The notes beneath the pieces are model-generated. The model ran no database searches and was not told the origin of the DNA. It worked only from the letters and a program-made list of their open reading frames with translations. Shown piece after piece: positions 11,381 to 24,900 of a stretch of 64,000 nucleotides of DNA. Source of the DNA: Octopus bimaculoides (taxonomy: Eukaryota); assembly GCF_001194135.2 (NCBI RefSeq), contig NC_068994.1, positions 752,614 through 816,613 on the forward strand. The letters are read 5' to 3'. Every line of letters begins with the position of its first letter. Positions within the stretch are counted from its first letter, which is position 1. Position numbers and translations under genes: made by a program.

Positions 11381-12844
11381 ATGAGGGAGGCGGGCGAGAA
11401 AGGAAAGTTTTAAGTATTTTATTTTTTGACAGATTATACGAAAATCTTATTAAATTAACCGTGGAGAAATGATTTTATTAAAACCATTGATACTGAAAAC
11501 AGAAAACTTCGTCTTTTGTTTATCAATTGATTTTTTTGTGTATGTGTGTGTGTGTGTGGGGGGGTACCTTACTGCTAATTACTCTTTGAATGGAAGTCAA
11601 ACCGAAAATGTTATTGTTTTGGTTTACTCCTGTCTCCTCGTGTCCCAAATATTTTGGACATTATTAAAATTTTTTTTACAAATAAGAAACGTTTAAAAGC
11701 CATACGATTTCACTGCTGCCATAAATGTAGGTGTGTTGTGAGGGAGGAGGTTGAAAATGAAAGTAGGACAGCATGTAACAATAGCTACGAAATGTTTATT
11801 TTCTTATAGGATAGATTTGTGCCTGAAAATGACGAAGTTAATCAGTTTTTGTAATGTTTAACTTTTCTTTAGCTTGTTCAATCTCAGCAAAAATATGTTT
11901 TAATAGAGGATCAGCTGAAGTTGTCATCACTTTCTTGGTCTTTTGCCATTGCATTTTAAGTGCGTCTTAAATAGTTCTTTAAATATACCAATTGCAAAAA
12001 CTTGTCAATATCCTCACTTGTCGACTGTCCCTGCGCGCGCGCACACACACACACACACCAGAACAGTGGTAATAGTGGCGACGAATAGCAGTAATATTAC
12101 AGCTGCTTGTTCTATCTACGTCTGTAGAATATCGCATAGTCTCTCTCTCTCTCTCTCTCTATCTCCTTCTCTCTGTATTATCAATAAACATTCCAATAGT
12201 CAACATTTCTGTCCACGTGTATTATGCATATGTATGTATATATGTATGTACGTACGTATATACGTATGTGTGTGTTTAAGATGTTCACTGCGAGCAGTAA
12301 TTGAAGAAAGCTAGTTAAATATAGCGATGAAATGGATGAAGAGAATGTAAACATGGATAACTTCTGCCAAACTCCCTACATGTCGCCTTCCAGTCGGCTC
12401 TTCTATCTCCCCGCTTTTGCTTACACACACACACACACACACACGAACCAATTATCATGTAAACAGTTTTTTTTTTTCCAAACGTTTCTGCTGTCAAGTT
12501 GAAGGAGATTACTCAATACCTACAATATCTCTACGTATATCTAGGCTTCTACCTTTCTGTTTGTTTCCTATGGACAGTCGAGGTCTTATTTTGTTTTACT
12601 TTTTGCAATTGTTTTTTTTTTTTAGCTCTAACGACAGTGTGTGCGTGTATGTGTGTGTATGTACGGACGTACGTGTGTAGATAGATTGATATGTATTGTT
12701 GTTAGGATGTGTGTAATATATACACATGTAGCAAAAACAGTAAATTGAGAGGAAGTGTAATGAGAGAGGGTAGGAAAATAAGGCAGGGAAAAGAGAGAGA
12801 GAGAGAATGATAGATAGATAGAGAGAGAGAAAGAAAGAAAGAAA

Positions 12845-12929
12845 AAGAGTCGTTTTCCACGTCGTGGCTCCGTGTGTCGGACGTGTGACAGTTGGAGCCA
12901 CTAAATATTGACATCAACTGCAGGTAAGA
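12845..12929 (+). promoter_or_regulatory. Candidate non-coding 5' exon ending at a splice donor (CAG|GTAAGA, intron starts 12924)
   Basis: Near-consensus donor at the end of a locally CpG-rich stretch, inside a transposon-free region. There is no long ORF and the exon start is not defined. Confidence 0.4.
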
Positions 12930-15900
12930 CACCTACCTATTTTATCTACCCGCCCTGTGTGTGTGTGTGTGTGTGTGTAATACACACACGCACGCACACT
13001 CATACTCTCACACACACACTGTTATATATATTTGATCCAGTCTTCGATTCACTTTGGACCTTATTTCTCTTCACTTGTCTCACTTTTACACATGCCGAGA
13101 CTCAATCAGTGTAAAATAATATATTGAAGCCATGCTTTTGGCCAGTGTCAAGACGTAGATTACCACTGTTCCAGTTCGTGTTTCTCATGAGTGTGTGTGT
13201 GTGTGTGTGTGTCATTGTAGTCTTCGCTTCATGCTCGTTCTCTCCCCCCTCTCCCAGTTCTTGTAACTATAGACCCCTCCCCCTCTCTCTATTCTATATA
13301 TTTATCGAGAACAGAGTTTGGTATTATTATAATACTAACCATAACTCCACTTGGCCTTTTGTTTGTACACACTACAACAATACTGTGTCAGTATGTAGTG
13401 GAGGTTACTGAGGAAATGTAGTAACTATTTATTGTTGCTACTGTTTCACCCATACTTTTTTTTTTCTTCATTAGTGTGCAATAATTTGCTCTGTTCAATG
13501 TTGATGATTAGCGAATGAGACAGTCTAAATGAGGGACGATGGTAGATATATTGTCATTGCACAACCACCATCGAAATTAGAACACTGACAGTTTGATTTA
13601 AGACATTTTCCATATTTTATGCCACTCTCAGCCTTTTGTGCTTTATTTGATGTTCCCCTATTGGTTTTCCCTGATCCCTAAACGATGATTGGAAAAAGGG
13701 CTGTTCTTAAACCCCATTTTACTTTCTTTCTCGATTCAATTCTGTAAACAAAAGCAACATTTTTTAAAACTAAAACATCACATTGCTGTGTGTCAGTGTG
13801 TACTGTTCGGTTGGAAGAGAGAGTGAATAAAGAAGATATTTAATGGTTGCAGACTGTGGCCCAGATATAATTAAACGCCGTGCGAATTGGGTATCGCTTC
13901 ATAATTAACACCCATTTCAATCCTCAGTTTGGTTGTCTTCTTTTTACCATTATTGATACCCATTACTTCAACACCCACCACTTCTACAGCTTTCCACTCG
14001 TCAAAACTATATTTCTTATCACTGAAAACGTTATTTCCTTGATTTCACACAATTCTCCGTTTTAGAAAATTCCTCTGCATGTCGGAGGACTTTCAAGTTG
14101 GCTATGCTAATTATAAAATGGGGGATCGATTTGTAATACTCTTATTATTTGGATTCGGTCACTCATTTTGTGGCCTAAATACAGTTGTTGCTATATTTGA
14201 CTCTCCCCTATTATTATTATTATTATTATTATTATGATTGTTTTGTTTCGTTCCAGCAACTTATATGTGTGATCCTTCTTTTCCCTTCCTCTTACGACAT
14301 GCCTTACAAACCTCTTGGTGTTCCACTGTCAGGAGAGAGAGAGAGAGAGAGGTGGAGGCGATATGATTTTTACGAAGTTATTGACAAGTTGTCAACCTTT
14401 GTATTTTCTCATTCTGCGAGCGCCTCTTTGAGTGTGGTTTCTATCCTTGATGAAGGAAGATGCTGACATATCATAACTGTCATCACGTCACAACTTCTAA
14501 TATACGAACCCTTCACTTTTCCTCTGTTGTTACATCAACATTAACATTGGTTCACCCTAATCTTTCTCCCATACTGTCATCTTGTTCACATAAGATACTG
14601 TCAGTGTAACAAGGATTTTTAACATCCAACCAAATGGTTAATATAACCCAAACAACAGTTTCATCATTATCTCACCCACATTCCCCCTCCCTGCTCTAAA
14701 CCATATATTAGGTCACTGTAGGCTGACCTTAATTCAATGAAAATTCGACCTCTGGAAGAAATGTCAACAGTTAGATCTATAATTGAGAATGTTATCTCTC
14801 TCCAGTTTACTGCTTTTGTTGATGTGATATGTAAATAGAGCAACTCGACTGTGTAGACAAGGAATTAGCTTTTAGAAACACTATTACTAAATGCTAACAG
14901 CAACTGGATGATGATGTTGATAATGATGTTTCCTCTTCACTCTGTTAATGCTTATGTAAAGAAAAGTCAGTTTTTTTACTGTGTCACTGTAACCAAAATA
15001 TTTCATTTCATATTAAACATGGATGATATTTTTAGGATATTGTTATTCAAAAAAAAAATATCTCCTGTTATTGTAAAAATGATTTTCTCTGTAATATTAA
15101 TGGGGTGAAGTTTATGAATTGTTTTCCTACAACACAAAACTGACAACTGTCTCCAAATGTTTCTTAAATATTGGTAAAAATAATATTTCTTAAAAGTAGT
15201 TTAAATTTCATCCATGATACATTCTAGATTTCAGAATCCACTTGAAAAGCTGTTAAAACAGTTTTTGTATAACTTTATTTTCGATTGTAAACTATATTTA
15301 GCTGATTCCCTTTAGCCATTAATTGATCATACACGATGTCATCAGTGACAACTCTGAAGTTTGCCATGAAAAACAATGCTTTAAATTAAATTACTAGAAT
15401 TTGAATATTAGTTTTTCGCGCTGCTCTTCTACTGGAAGCTAATTCTATTTATGTTTACATTGAGAGTGGTTGAATTGTGTGAATTACATAACTTTGCACA
15501 GGGAGCAGATAGCTAGGACAGAGAGCTATGTCAGTTTGCCCTTGCAGCCCGATTCTTCTTTCTCCCTTTCCTTGTTGCTTATGTAATATGTTATTACAGA
15601 TTAGTTGCTATTGCAAGTATAGACAGTAGTAGTAGTAGCAGCAGCATCAGCAGCACCACCACACTAATATTACTGATGTGGCTGGCTGCTTTTTCTAATG
15701 CTACAATGACATCTGTTTACAGAAGCTATTAAAATAAAATTCAATTTTTCTCTTTGGAAACACTATTTTTTTTTGATTGCCTACCTGCTTAACAAGTTGC
15801 TGCTCAAACTCCTCCTATGTTCACCAAGTCTTGAGAGATTCATGACCTAACCCATAGATCCAACCAAATAATTTCAATGGTAGTAACAAAGTTTTGTTGT

Positions 15901-16595
15901 TTGTGATCTCACACTAAACTGACATGGATTTTCCTTGGTGCTTCTTAATCTTGTTTCGAATAATTACTAGCAATCATTAGGGGAACCAGCTCACTAAATA
16001 AAAAAATAGAAATATATATATAAAAAAAAACATCTATAAAGAACCATTGACAACTCTACACTCCCTGCTACAATGGAAATGAAGTTTCTTTGTAAATAAT
16101 TCCACTTCTTTTTCATTAATCTATTAGAATTGTATTTCAGCGTTATCTATTTATAGCTATTATCATTAGCTAGTAGTTATTACATCACTAGGCCTGCACA
16201 GAGCTAGTAGGGAGAACATACTGGTTATTTCACACATTTACTTGCTATTTCTTGATTGTCTACTCTAGCTAAAGTATACAGTTTTCAAACTTGTACCAAA
16301 TTTATTTTCTAATTATTGCCACACTGACATAATGTTCAGAGCATCCGCTAAATCAAATTTCTTCTTATACTTAACAGTACATTGGACAAAATAAATTTTT
16401 AGTTTAAGAACAACTCTACTTTCATTTGTTCACTAAAATACACATTGGCATGTATTTGTGTTTTTAGTGTCAATACTAAATTTTGTACTAGCAACTTTTT
16501 CGCGCGCTGCTCATGCATAAGCCTCATTTTAGATTTGTTTACAATTTAAGCAGCAGTGACTAGAAGCATGCATTCTGTTGATGCCCTCTATCTCA

Positions 16596-18350
16596 CATCA
16601 TCACGTTTGTTTTTCCATGCTTATATAGATTGGAAAGCTTTTCTCAAGCATAGCATTTCATTATTTGTTGCAGTCCTTTTTCATCTCCCTAGCAAGTTTA
16701 GCCGCATGAGGTCAGCTTTTAGTAACACTTGCCATATCTTCCTTGGTCTTCTTCTGCATTTTCCAACCACTTGGATCGCTTGTCACCTCTTAACTGTTAT
16801 CTTCCATACGCATCATATCTCCGTACCAACATAAGTCTTCTCTTTTTCATGCTGTATGTGATTCTTCTTACACCCGGCGTCACTCTCAACTCATTTGTAC
16901 TATGTCATGTATACAAACATTACGCATCCAGGAGTGCTTGATACCCCATTTCTTTTCAACATTCACACATTCTCTACATTCAACGCCTATTTTAAGCTAC
17001 CATGCAACTTTACACTTCATACACATGTCATGCAATTTGTCCTTCACTTTGAGAGAATTTCCCCTGTTGCCAGTAAAGGTAAATAGCTCTCTGAACTTGG
17101 TCCACTTCCTTCTTACTCTGGTTATTATGCTTTCACAACAGCTGCCCTGTATACTACTGATTAGGTCATCTGTTAACAGAAGCTGTCAACAACTTCGAGG
17201 GAGCCTTCCATGCATTTACAAGGATTTATTTCATGAGTCCTCTTTCTGCTGAAGACTCAAGGGCATCTGTTACATACAAAGCCTTTCTTCTCTGTCAACC
17301 TGACTGTGATCTCACTGCACCCCTTCTACAACCATACTTTATATTGGGTTCACAGTACAAAATTCCCCGCTTACTTCCTCCTTTTCTGCATATTGAGCAT
17401 GGTCACCTTCCTGAGGACAAAAGTCCTGTCTTTTTTTGCTTTTAACTAAAACTTTTGTCTTTGCTAGGTTTATCTCAAAGATATTTGATGCTAGGCTTTG
17501 CTTCCATATTTGGAATAGCTTCTCTAAATCCTTGACAAATTCACTTCTAAGAATTAGGTCATCAGCCTGTAGGATTTCTCACAGACAGCTAGTGTTCAAC
17601 TCCTCTATTACATCCTAAAGGACTATATATACCCAAGAGCAGAGGATGAACAGCTGACTTCTGACAGGCACCTACCTGCATTCTAATTTATTTACTTGCA
17701 GATACCATTTCTGTATATAGCTTACACCATATAGATGTCAACTTCACCTGATAGTCCCTCTGTTGGCTCTAATTATAGACCTGTCTCAGTCAGCAAACTC
17801 TCATAGTAACATTTCCATGCCCCCCCCCCCTTTTCTTTTCTTGTCATCAACCAAAGCAGGTGTCGTTTTGTACACCTTTTCCAAACAGCATCTTGATCTA
17901 TTACTCATGAACTACAATCTGAAATGTGCCATACCTCTCATCCTCCTCTCATTGCACAACATTGACATACTTCAACTTTTCACTTTCTTTCTTTGTTCTG
18001 TAAAACTGAGGTCTTCTATCTTTTCTTCTAGCTTCTTCTCACTTTCCTTACAATTCTTCTCCTGTGACTTATAAACTCTGAGCTGTAACTTCTTCTCATC
18101 ATACCTAGTACTATAAACAAATGTCTAATACCAAAGGATCTCCCAGTTTCTGTACTTTCCTTCTCAAGACTGTCTTGTATCTAGCCTGTATCCTGAGGTT
18201 GTTGATTATTAATGTTGGGTGATACATTCTTTCTAGCGAACAATCTTTTATTATCTATCCCATATCTTGGTTAGTACGAAGTGTATGTAGTTTGCATGCT
18301 TGTATGGTGGCTAAAGGGTCATGTGGCTGGTTTAGATTATTGAAGTTAGC
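16596..18350 (-). mobile_element. Decayed RTE-clade LINE ORF2
   Basis: Minus-strand remnants read EILQADDLI (~17555-17575, ELLYADDL-like), PCSICRKG..CSEITVRLTEKKGFVCNRC, RRL..GRPRK-like C-terminus and a GATGAT 3' end. The upstream boundary is uncertain. Confidence 0.8.
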
Positions 18351-19656
18351 ATCCTAGAACTCCAAGAATCTTGATCCTCCTTCATTCTTGATACAATATC
18401 CCAAAGCCTTCATGTATGCTGGAAATAGCCATCATACTGTTACCCAACATCCACTAAAGTTCTTATCTGCAGTAATGAGCTTGCAAAAGGGCCTCATGAA
18501 AATGATTCCTTTACCCATCTGTCAGTCCTAGTTGTGGTAGATCTTTGTTGTGTTTCTTTTGATAAATTGGCTTAGTTATCTTGCTCTGTGTGGTTTTTAT
18601 TGAATATTCTCACAAAATCTGGACATTTTCCACAATATTTTATATACAAAGCATCACATTTCTACCTTGTTTGACGAATGAAATAAAAATGTCTGATAAT
18701 ACATATTTAATTTGGTAGAGAGTTTGAGTTAAATAAAAGATTTCATGGTATTCAGAATATTTGTGAATCCAATACATTTTCTGAGATAGTTATTGACATT
18801 AATTGGCATTGTTTATCTTTAATAGTTATTAAATAACTGCTGACCTGGGATTATTATTTGACCAATTACAGATGAGTGTGAACCAAAAAAGGTAGCTAGA
18901 ATTGTTGTTTCATTCTTTGTTTCTGAAATTTAAATTTGAAGAAGAAACAGACCCACCATACTAGCAAGAATAGAGATGAGGATATGTCTCTAATTGGACT
19001 TTTTTTCAGACAATTATTTTTGTTTAGACTCAAATCACACCTGGTTGAGCAGCTATATCCAGAACTGTGCTGTTCAGTATTTTTCAAGAGGGTTAAAGTG
19101 TGATTTGAGGAACAGTTGATTGTTATTTCTAGCTGACCAAATCACTGCATAATTTTCTATGGTTATATGCTCTTTCAGTCACCAACCCTTACCTGTTTTT
19201 AAATAAAATATTTCCTGCTGTCCTTTGAATAGTGAACAGTTCAATGGTTGGACATGCTTTTGCAGAGTATTGTAAAGAAATGGTACTGTTAACCATCCCT
19301 CCATCCATCAATCTAAACAAACAAACAAACACACTCATGATGGGCTGTTTCTTGTTTCTGTTTACCAATTTTCATGCACAAGGCATTGATAAACCCACAG
19401 CTGTTGTAGAAGACACCAGTTCAGTATCTACACATTAGGAATGAACCTAAAACAGCACGGTTCTCAAACAGATTTCTTAACCTTACACCCACTTTACAAA
19501 ATCTTGAGTCAGAATTTATTTTGTTCAATTTATTACAATTTATACTCCACTTTGTTGGTTTTCTGGTAACAGATTAAATTTTTTTAGTTTGATATATTGA
19601 TTGAGATAATTTAAAGTTTTTTCTTAAATATTGTTTTAATATTTACTTTTAGATAT

Positions 19657-19872
19657 AAGGTGGTGAGCTGGCAAAATTGTTAGCACACTGAGCAAACTGC
19701 TTAGCAGCATTTTGTCTGTTTTGAAGCCCCGAGTTCAAATTCAGCTGAGGTTGATTTGTCTTTCATCCTTTCGGGGTCGACAAAATAAGTATCAGTTGAG
19801 CACTGGGGTCAATGTAATTGACTTACCTGTCCTCCAAAATTGCCAGCCTTGTACCAAAATTTGAAATCAAAT
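19657..19872 (+). mobile_element. SINE family C
   Basis: GGTGGTGAGCTGGCAAAATTGTTAGC head, GAGTTCAAATTC B-box-like motif and central TTTCATCCTTTCGGGGTCGACAAAATAAGTA core. It is shared with copies at 20650-21570 and 63492-63706. Confidence 0.8.
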
Positions 19873-19894
19873 TTATTGGATTTCAAATAACTCC

Positions 19895-20210
19895 CATCAT
19901 CATCATCATCATCTTCTCCATTTTTCCATGCTTGCATGGGTTGGGCAGAGTTTATTGAGGCAGATTTTTTTTACTGTTAGATGCTCTTCCTGTCACCAGC
20001 CCATCCATACCTCTTTCTAAGCAAGGTGATATCTCCTCATGGCCAGACATATATTTCCATAGAATATTGGAAATGAATGACATTCATTTTGCAACAAACA
20101 TACGATGCCAAGATATGGATACACAAACACACACGCATGCATGCACACATGCACACACATACACACACACACACACATGATGGGCATTTTTCAGTTTCCA
20201 TCTACCAAAA
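19895..20210 (-). mobile_element. Composite SINE (family A head fragment plus RTE-type (GAT)n tail)
   Basis: On the plus strand it reads (CAT)n, TTTCCATGCTTGCATGGG.., microsatellite, then TTTCAGTTTCCATCTACCAAA (family A head module). Confidence 0.65.
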
Positions 20211-20649
20211 CAAACATATTCCTAATAGAAATTTTAATCTCATTACTTTCATTAATCCAAATGTTTAAAATTGAAAATTATTTCTACAGTTTGTAATATT
20301 GTGTATGAAAACAATAATTTCTTCAGTTGAATACCTTTTGTTGACCCTTGCACAATTTGAGAGGCAGACTTGATCTCAGAGGCGAGAACCGGCAGGAACA
20401 TAACTGTAAGGCCCCTTACTATTTCTGTCACTTCAACACTCTGCTGCTGTTGATGATTTGTAACATAGGCACAATATTGCATATTAGAGGCAGGCAGGGC
20501 ATCTGTTGAATTATTCAGTTTTCCCTGGAGGAATAAAGGGCAGCATTAAAAGATTCAGACTTTGACAATAAAGGAAGGTGATGTGAGGCATTTAGTCAGA
20601 GATGTTTTGTCACTTCACCCGTTTGATGCTCCTAGTTTCTGAGTTAGGC

Positions 20650-21059
20650 ACAAGATTGAGAATCTATTACATTGACCCCAGTACTTGGCTGGAACTTTAT
20701 TTTATTGACTCTGGAGGTATGAAAGGTAAACTTGACCTAGAAAGAAGAGCTGCAATAAGCATCATAAAGCATTCTATCTGACACTCTAATGAATCTGCTA
20801 ATCCACCACCTGAATAATAACTGCAATAATAATAATAATAATAATAATAATATTTTCTGCTATAGGCTCAAGACCTGAAATTTGGTGGCAAGGGACTAGT
20901 TGATTACATCAACACTTGTACTCAACTGGTCCTTTATTTTGTCCACCCCCAAAAGGATGAAAGGCAAAATCGACCTTTGTACTATTTGAAATCAGAATGT
21001 AAAGTTGGAAGAAATACCACTAAGCATTTTTTCTGGTGTACTAACGATTCTGCCAGCTC

Positions 21060-21105
<46 letters not shown>

Positions 21106-21570
21106 GAAGAAGAAGAAGAAGAATCCTTTCTACTATGGGCAGAAGGCCTGAAATTTTGAGGGTGGGGTCAAGTTGATTATATCGACCCCAGTAATCAAAT
21201 GGCACTTAATTCATTGACCCCGAAAAGATGAATGGCAAAGTCAACCTCGTCGAAATTTGAACTCAGAACGTCAAGGCAGACGAAATACTGCTAAGCATTT
21301 CGTCCAGTGTGCTAATGATTCTGCCAGCTCGCCATATAATAATAATAATAATAATAATGAAAAAAGAATAATAATACTTTCTGATTTTGGTACGAGGCTA
21401 GCCATTTTGAGAGGAAGAAGTAAGTTGATCACACCAGTCTTAGTACAACATTGTCATAATGTGACACGTTTTGTGGGAGGCAGTAAACTATCTCCAGTAT
21501 TTGGCTGCTATTTACTGACTCTGCAAGGAGGAAAAATTAAGTGAAGCCATGCAGGATTTGATCTCAGCAC
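20650..21570 (-). mobile_element. Stack of four same-orientation family C SINEs separated by (AAT)n
   Basis: Copies lie at ~20650-20810, 20855-21060, 21123-21334 and 21375-21570. The first three end (plus strand) in ATTCTGCCAGCTC or a variant and the fourth is more degraded. (AAT)n/(AAG)n runs lie between them. Confidence 0.75.
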
Positions 21571-21588
21571 AACTAAATATTTCGGCTT

Positions 21589-21983
21589 AGGTGCAGGTAT
21601 GGCTGTGCGGTAAGAAGCTTTCTTCTCAATCACATGATTCCAAGTTCAGTCCCATTGTGTGACACCTTGGGCAAGTGTCTTCTGCTATAGCCTCAGGCCA
21701 ACCAAAGTCTTGTGAGTAGATGTGGTAGATGGAAACTGAAAGAAACTCGTCGTATGTGTGTCTTTGTGTCTGTGTTTGTCCTCCATCACCGCTTGACAAC
21801 CGGTGTTGCTGTGTTTATGTCTCAGTAACTTAGCAATTCGGCAAAAGAGAATGATAGATTAAGTACCAGGCTTAAAAAAAGAAAAAGAAAAAGGTGTTGA
21901 TTCATTCAATTAAAAATCCTTCAAGGTGGTGCCCCAGCATGGCCAGTCTCATGACTGAAACAAGAAAAAGATAAAAGATAAAA
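21589..21983 (+). mobile_element. SINE family A, full length
   Basis: AGGTGCAGGTATGGCTGTGCGGTAAG head, AGTTCAGTCCCA B-box-like motif, and 3' end CCAGCATGGCC..ACTGAAACAAG(AAAAGAT)n. Confidence 0.85.
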
Positions 21984-24900
21984 TGTGAAATATAATAGTG
22001 GGAGGAGTGGCATTGGAAACTGTTGATATGTAACCAAGGGAAACAGCCAATCTTTTGTTTTTGTTTTCATGTTGGTCAATAAATCCCTACTGGATCATAG
22101 TCAATGAATCCATGCGTGTACACACACGCATGCATGCATGCATCCACCACATCGACTCATGGGTTCATATAACACTCTGATAGTTTGTGAGAACTCCTCT
22201 CTCACAGCAGACTCACCTTAGAAATAGAATGTCTTATCCTCTTTTAACTTGCTTTGTTTCTGCTAAAATGTTTCTGTCCACTTATTTTTTTTTTCTTCTA
22301 TACTTTTTGTTTTATTTTTATTCTGTATATATTACAAATTTGTAGAAGTAAATATAGAGAAACTGCAGAATAAAGTTGACATTAATTGCTTGGTTGTTTC
22401 TGAAATAAAAACACTTTTGTTTTTAAGTGCAACATTTAACAGCGAATCTCCTTTTATTACAATTTTATATCTAACAAAACTTCTTGTGTTTGATTCATTT
22501 TAAATGTTCCTTGTTTAAATATGTTATTTAAAACATTTTAGTGTCAGCCAGAAATATACTCATTCAACAATTTTCAATGTTTAGCAAAAACAATGGGCCA
22601 AAATATAAAATTTTCATTGTGTAACTTGACTTTAGTCTAATTACATATTTATGGAATCTTGTTTAAATTAAATAATTTGAAGTAAACAGTTGTGACTAAC
22701 AAAAATGACTGCCAAAGATAACTTTATTTCAGACACAATATCAAATGTTGTCATGCATTAAGGGTATATTTAGTGTTTAAGGTTGTTTATTTTACTGCAC
22801 TGGGTTGAAGGTAATCTGTTGTGTAAATAATTACGACATAATAGTTGCCTAATGAACTTTAGTCAATTGATGGTTCTTTCAAACTATTTTAATGATTTGT
22901 TTGAGTGATCTTTGTGTCTGTTTGAAGGTATTGAATCATTACTCGACTGTATTGATAGCACACCCTCCAATGCTTGCGAATAAAATTAATTTTTATACAT
23001 TTACTGTATACTATAGTTGGTTATTTCTTTAATTCTTGCTCAGTAAAATATTGGGGAAACTATAATACTGAAATCTTTGGTAACTTACCCTGCTGCTCCT
23101 ACATATTGTCTGTTCCCATGTAGGAAATGATTAGAGTGCAAAAAACTTGGCATGCACACTGAAATTGAATGTACTGAGTGTGTGTGTGTGTGTGTGTGCA
23201 TTCTTCCTTAGGTATCCTTGCTTCAAAAGCAAGCATATGCATATTGATATTATGTATACTTTTAAATACTGTCAAAATTTTGCAAACATGCAGTAATGCT
23301 TGTAGTTGTCTTTTTAAAGAAGTTCATGTGTGCATTTACCAATACTGTTAAATATTTCACACTATTTTGGATAATTATAAAAATAAATTTCATTTACAAA
23401 GTTAAATATTTATTTGACATTCTTCTCAAATTTGCTTTTCTTTTTTTTATCAGGAAAATTTCTATTCTTTTAAACTGTTCAACTTCTCTGTTGTCATCTC
23501 TGTAACTGGTGTTGTTTAAAATCTTAAAATGATGAAGAATTTCAGGAGTCAAATATTTATTTATTCTGTATACTGGGGAAATAGTTTGTTGTTTGACCGG
23601 TGTTCAACTAACTGTATTGAATTTAGAGGTTGGAAGAATGGGCCCTTGAGAAAATAAGGGAAATAGCTACAAATAAGAACTGCATTTGGGATCATTGACT
23701 CCATCTTATTTGTTACTTGTCATTTGAACTTCGACTTTCTTGTGGGATAGTTTATGTTATTTAGCCATAAGTTACAGTGTAATAGTTCAATTGTCATTCC
23801 ATTCCTCTGGTATGGCAATGGGACCTAATTTCATGCTGAGTCTACTATAATATATATATATATATATATATGACTATTATTTAATAACTGAAACACTGTT
23901 TATAATTTGCAGATTTTCAAATGTCTCAACAACACACTGTTTAGTTAGTCATCTGTTTTTCCTTGCAAAGATATATTTGAGTTCAATGAATTAAATATTT
24001 ATGTTTTCAGTTTGAGTAATTGATATTTCTTAATTTTAATGATATAAGTTACCTGCTGTCCATTTTATTATGTTATTCATTGGAATCTAATTATTGGCCT
24101 TGCTAGCTGATCATTTCAGTATTGAAAGTTTGTTTAGTAAGAGATGTTGATATTATCTGACATCATCACATGCAGCAGCAGCAGCAGCAGCAGGTGTTCT
24201 ATTCTGGGAAACTAGGCTGCTGCTGTTTTACAACATGTACGCATTAACTATTTGTATTTCTAGAATATAGCACTTCACTTTTACCTCCAACTTGCTACAG
24301 AGAAATCCTTTACAACTCTCTGCCTCTACCATTCCTTCGAGATGTTAGTATCGTAGAAAGACTGTTATGACCTGAATCAATTGCTATGTAGAACAACAGC
24401 ACAGCAAGGTCACACTGTCCTAATGACATTGATGCTGTAACCAATTACAGCTACAATCATCTACAATAGGAAAATAACAACATTATAATGGCACTTCTGT
24501 AAATAACTTTTCACAACTTGTATACACAGAATCATAGAATAATAAATATGAATGTACACGCGCGCACCCCCCACCCCCCACTGTACAAGTTCTGAATTGC
24601 TTCATCTAATGTTTTCATTCTCTTTTGCTTTCTAAGATTCATTCTCGAATTTTTACTATGAAACTGAAGAGTGTTGTATACATAACAACAGATGAGGTTA
24701 GAGGTTTGCTAAGGCTATCTGCAGCATCAATTCTAATAACTCTCACAGCCATTAGCCATTAATCTTACTCCATTCACCTTCAGCCATCATATCCAATTCA
24801 TTAATGTTTTGTTTTGTTTTGACTAAATATTTTCACATTCCCCATGCAAAGTATCTTTTTCCAGTGTATCTGAAGACAGCTTTATTGAACTGGTGATGTA

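Noticed and set aside
11389-11394. GGCGGG GC-box
   Set aside because: A single hexamer cannot support a regulatory call.
19029-19109. 12-bp perfect inverted repeat CTCAAATCACAC/GTGTGATTTGAG
   Set aside because: About one IR of this length and spacing is expected by chance in 64 kb of AT-rich DNA.
21589-21670. tRNA-like A/B boxes as a possible tRNA gene
   Set aside because: They are SINE heads, found in many diverged copies attached to SINE bodies, and no complete cloverleaf is evident.
24173-24225. (CAG)n/(CTG)n hairpin as a pre-miRNA
   Set aside because: The stem is only ~10 bp and made of triplet repeat, too short and too low in complexity.
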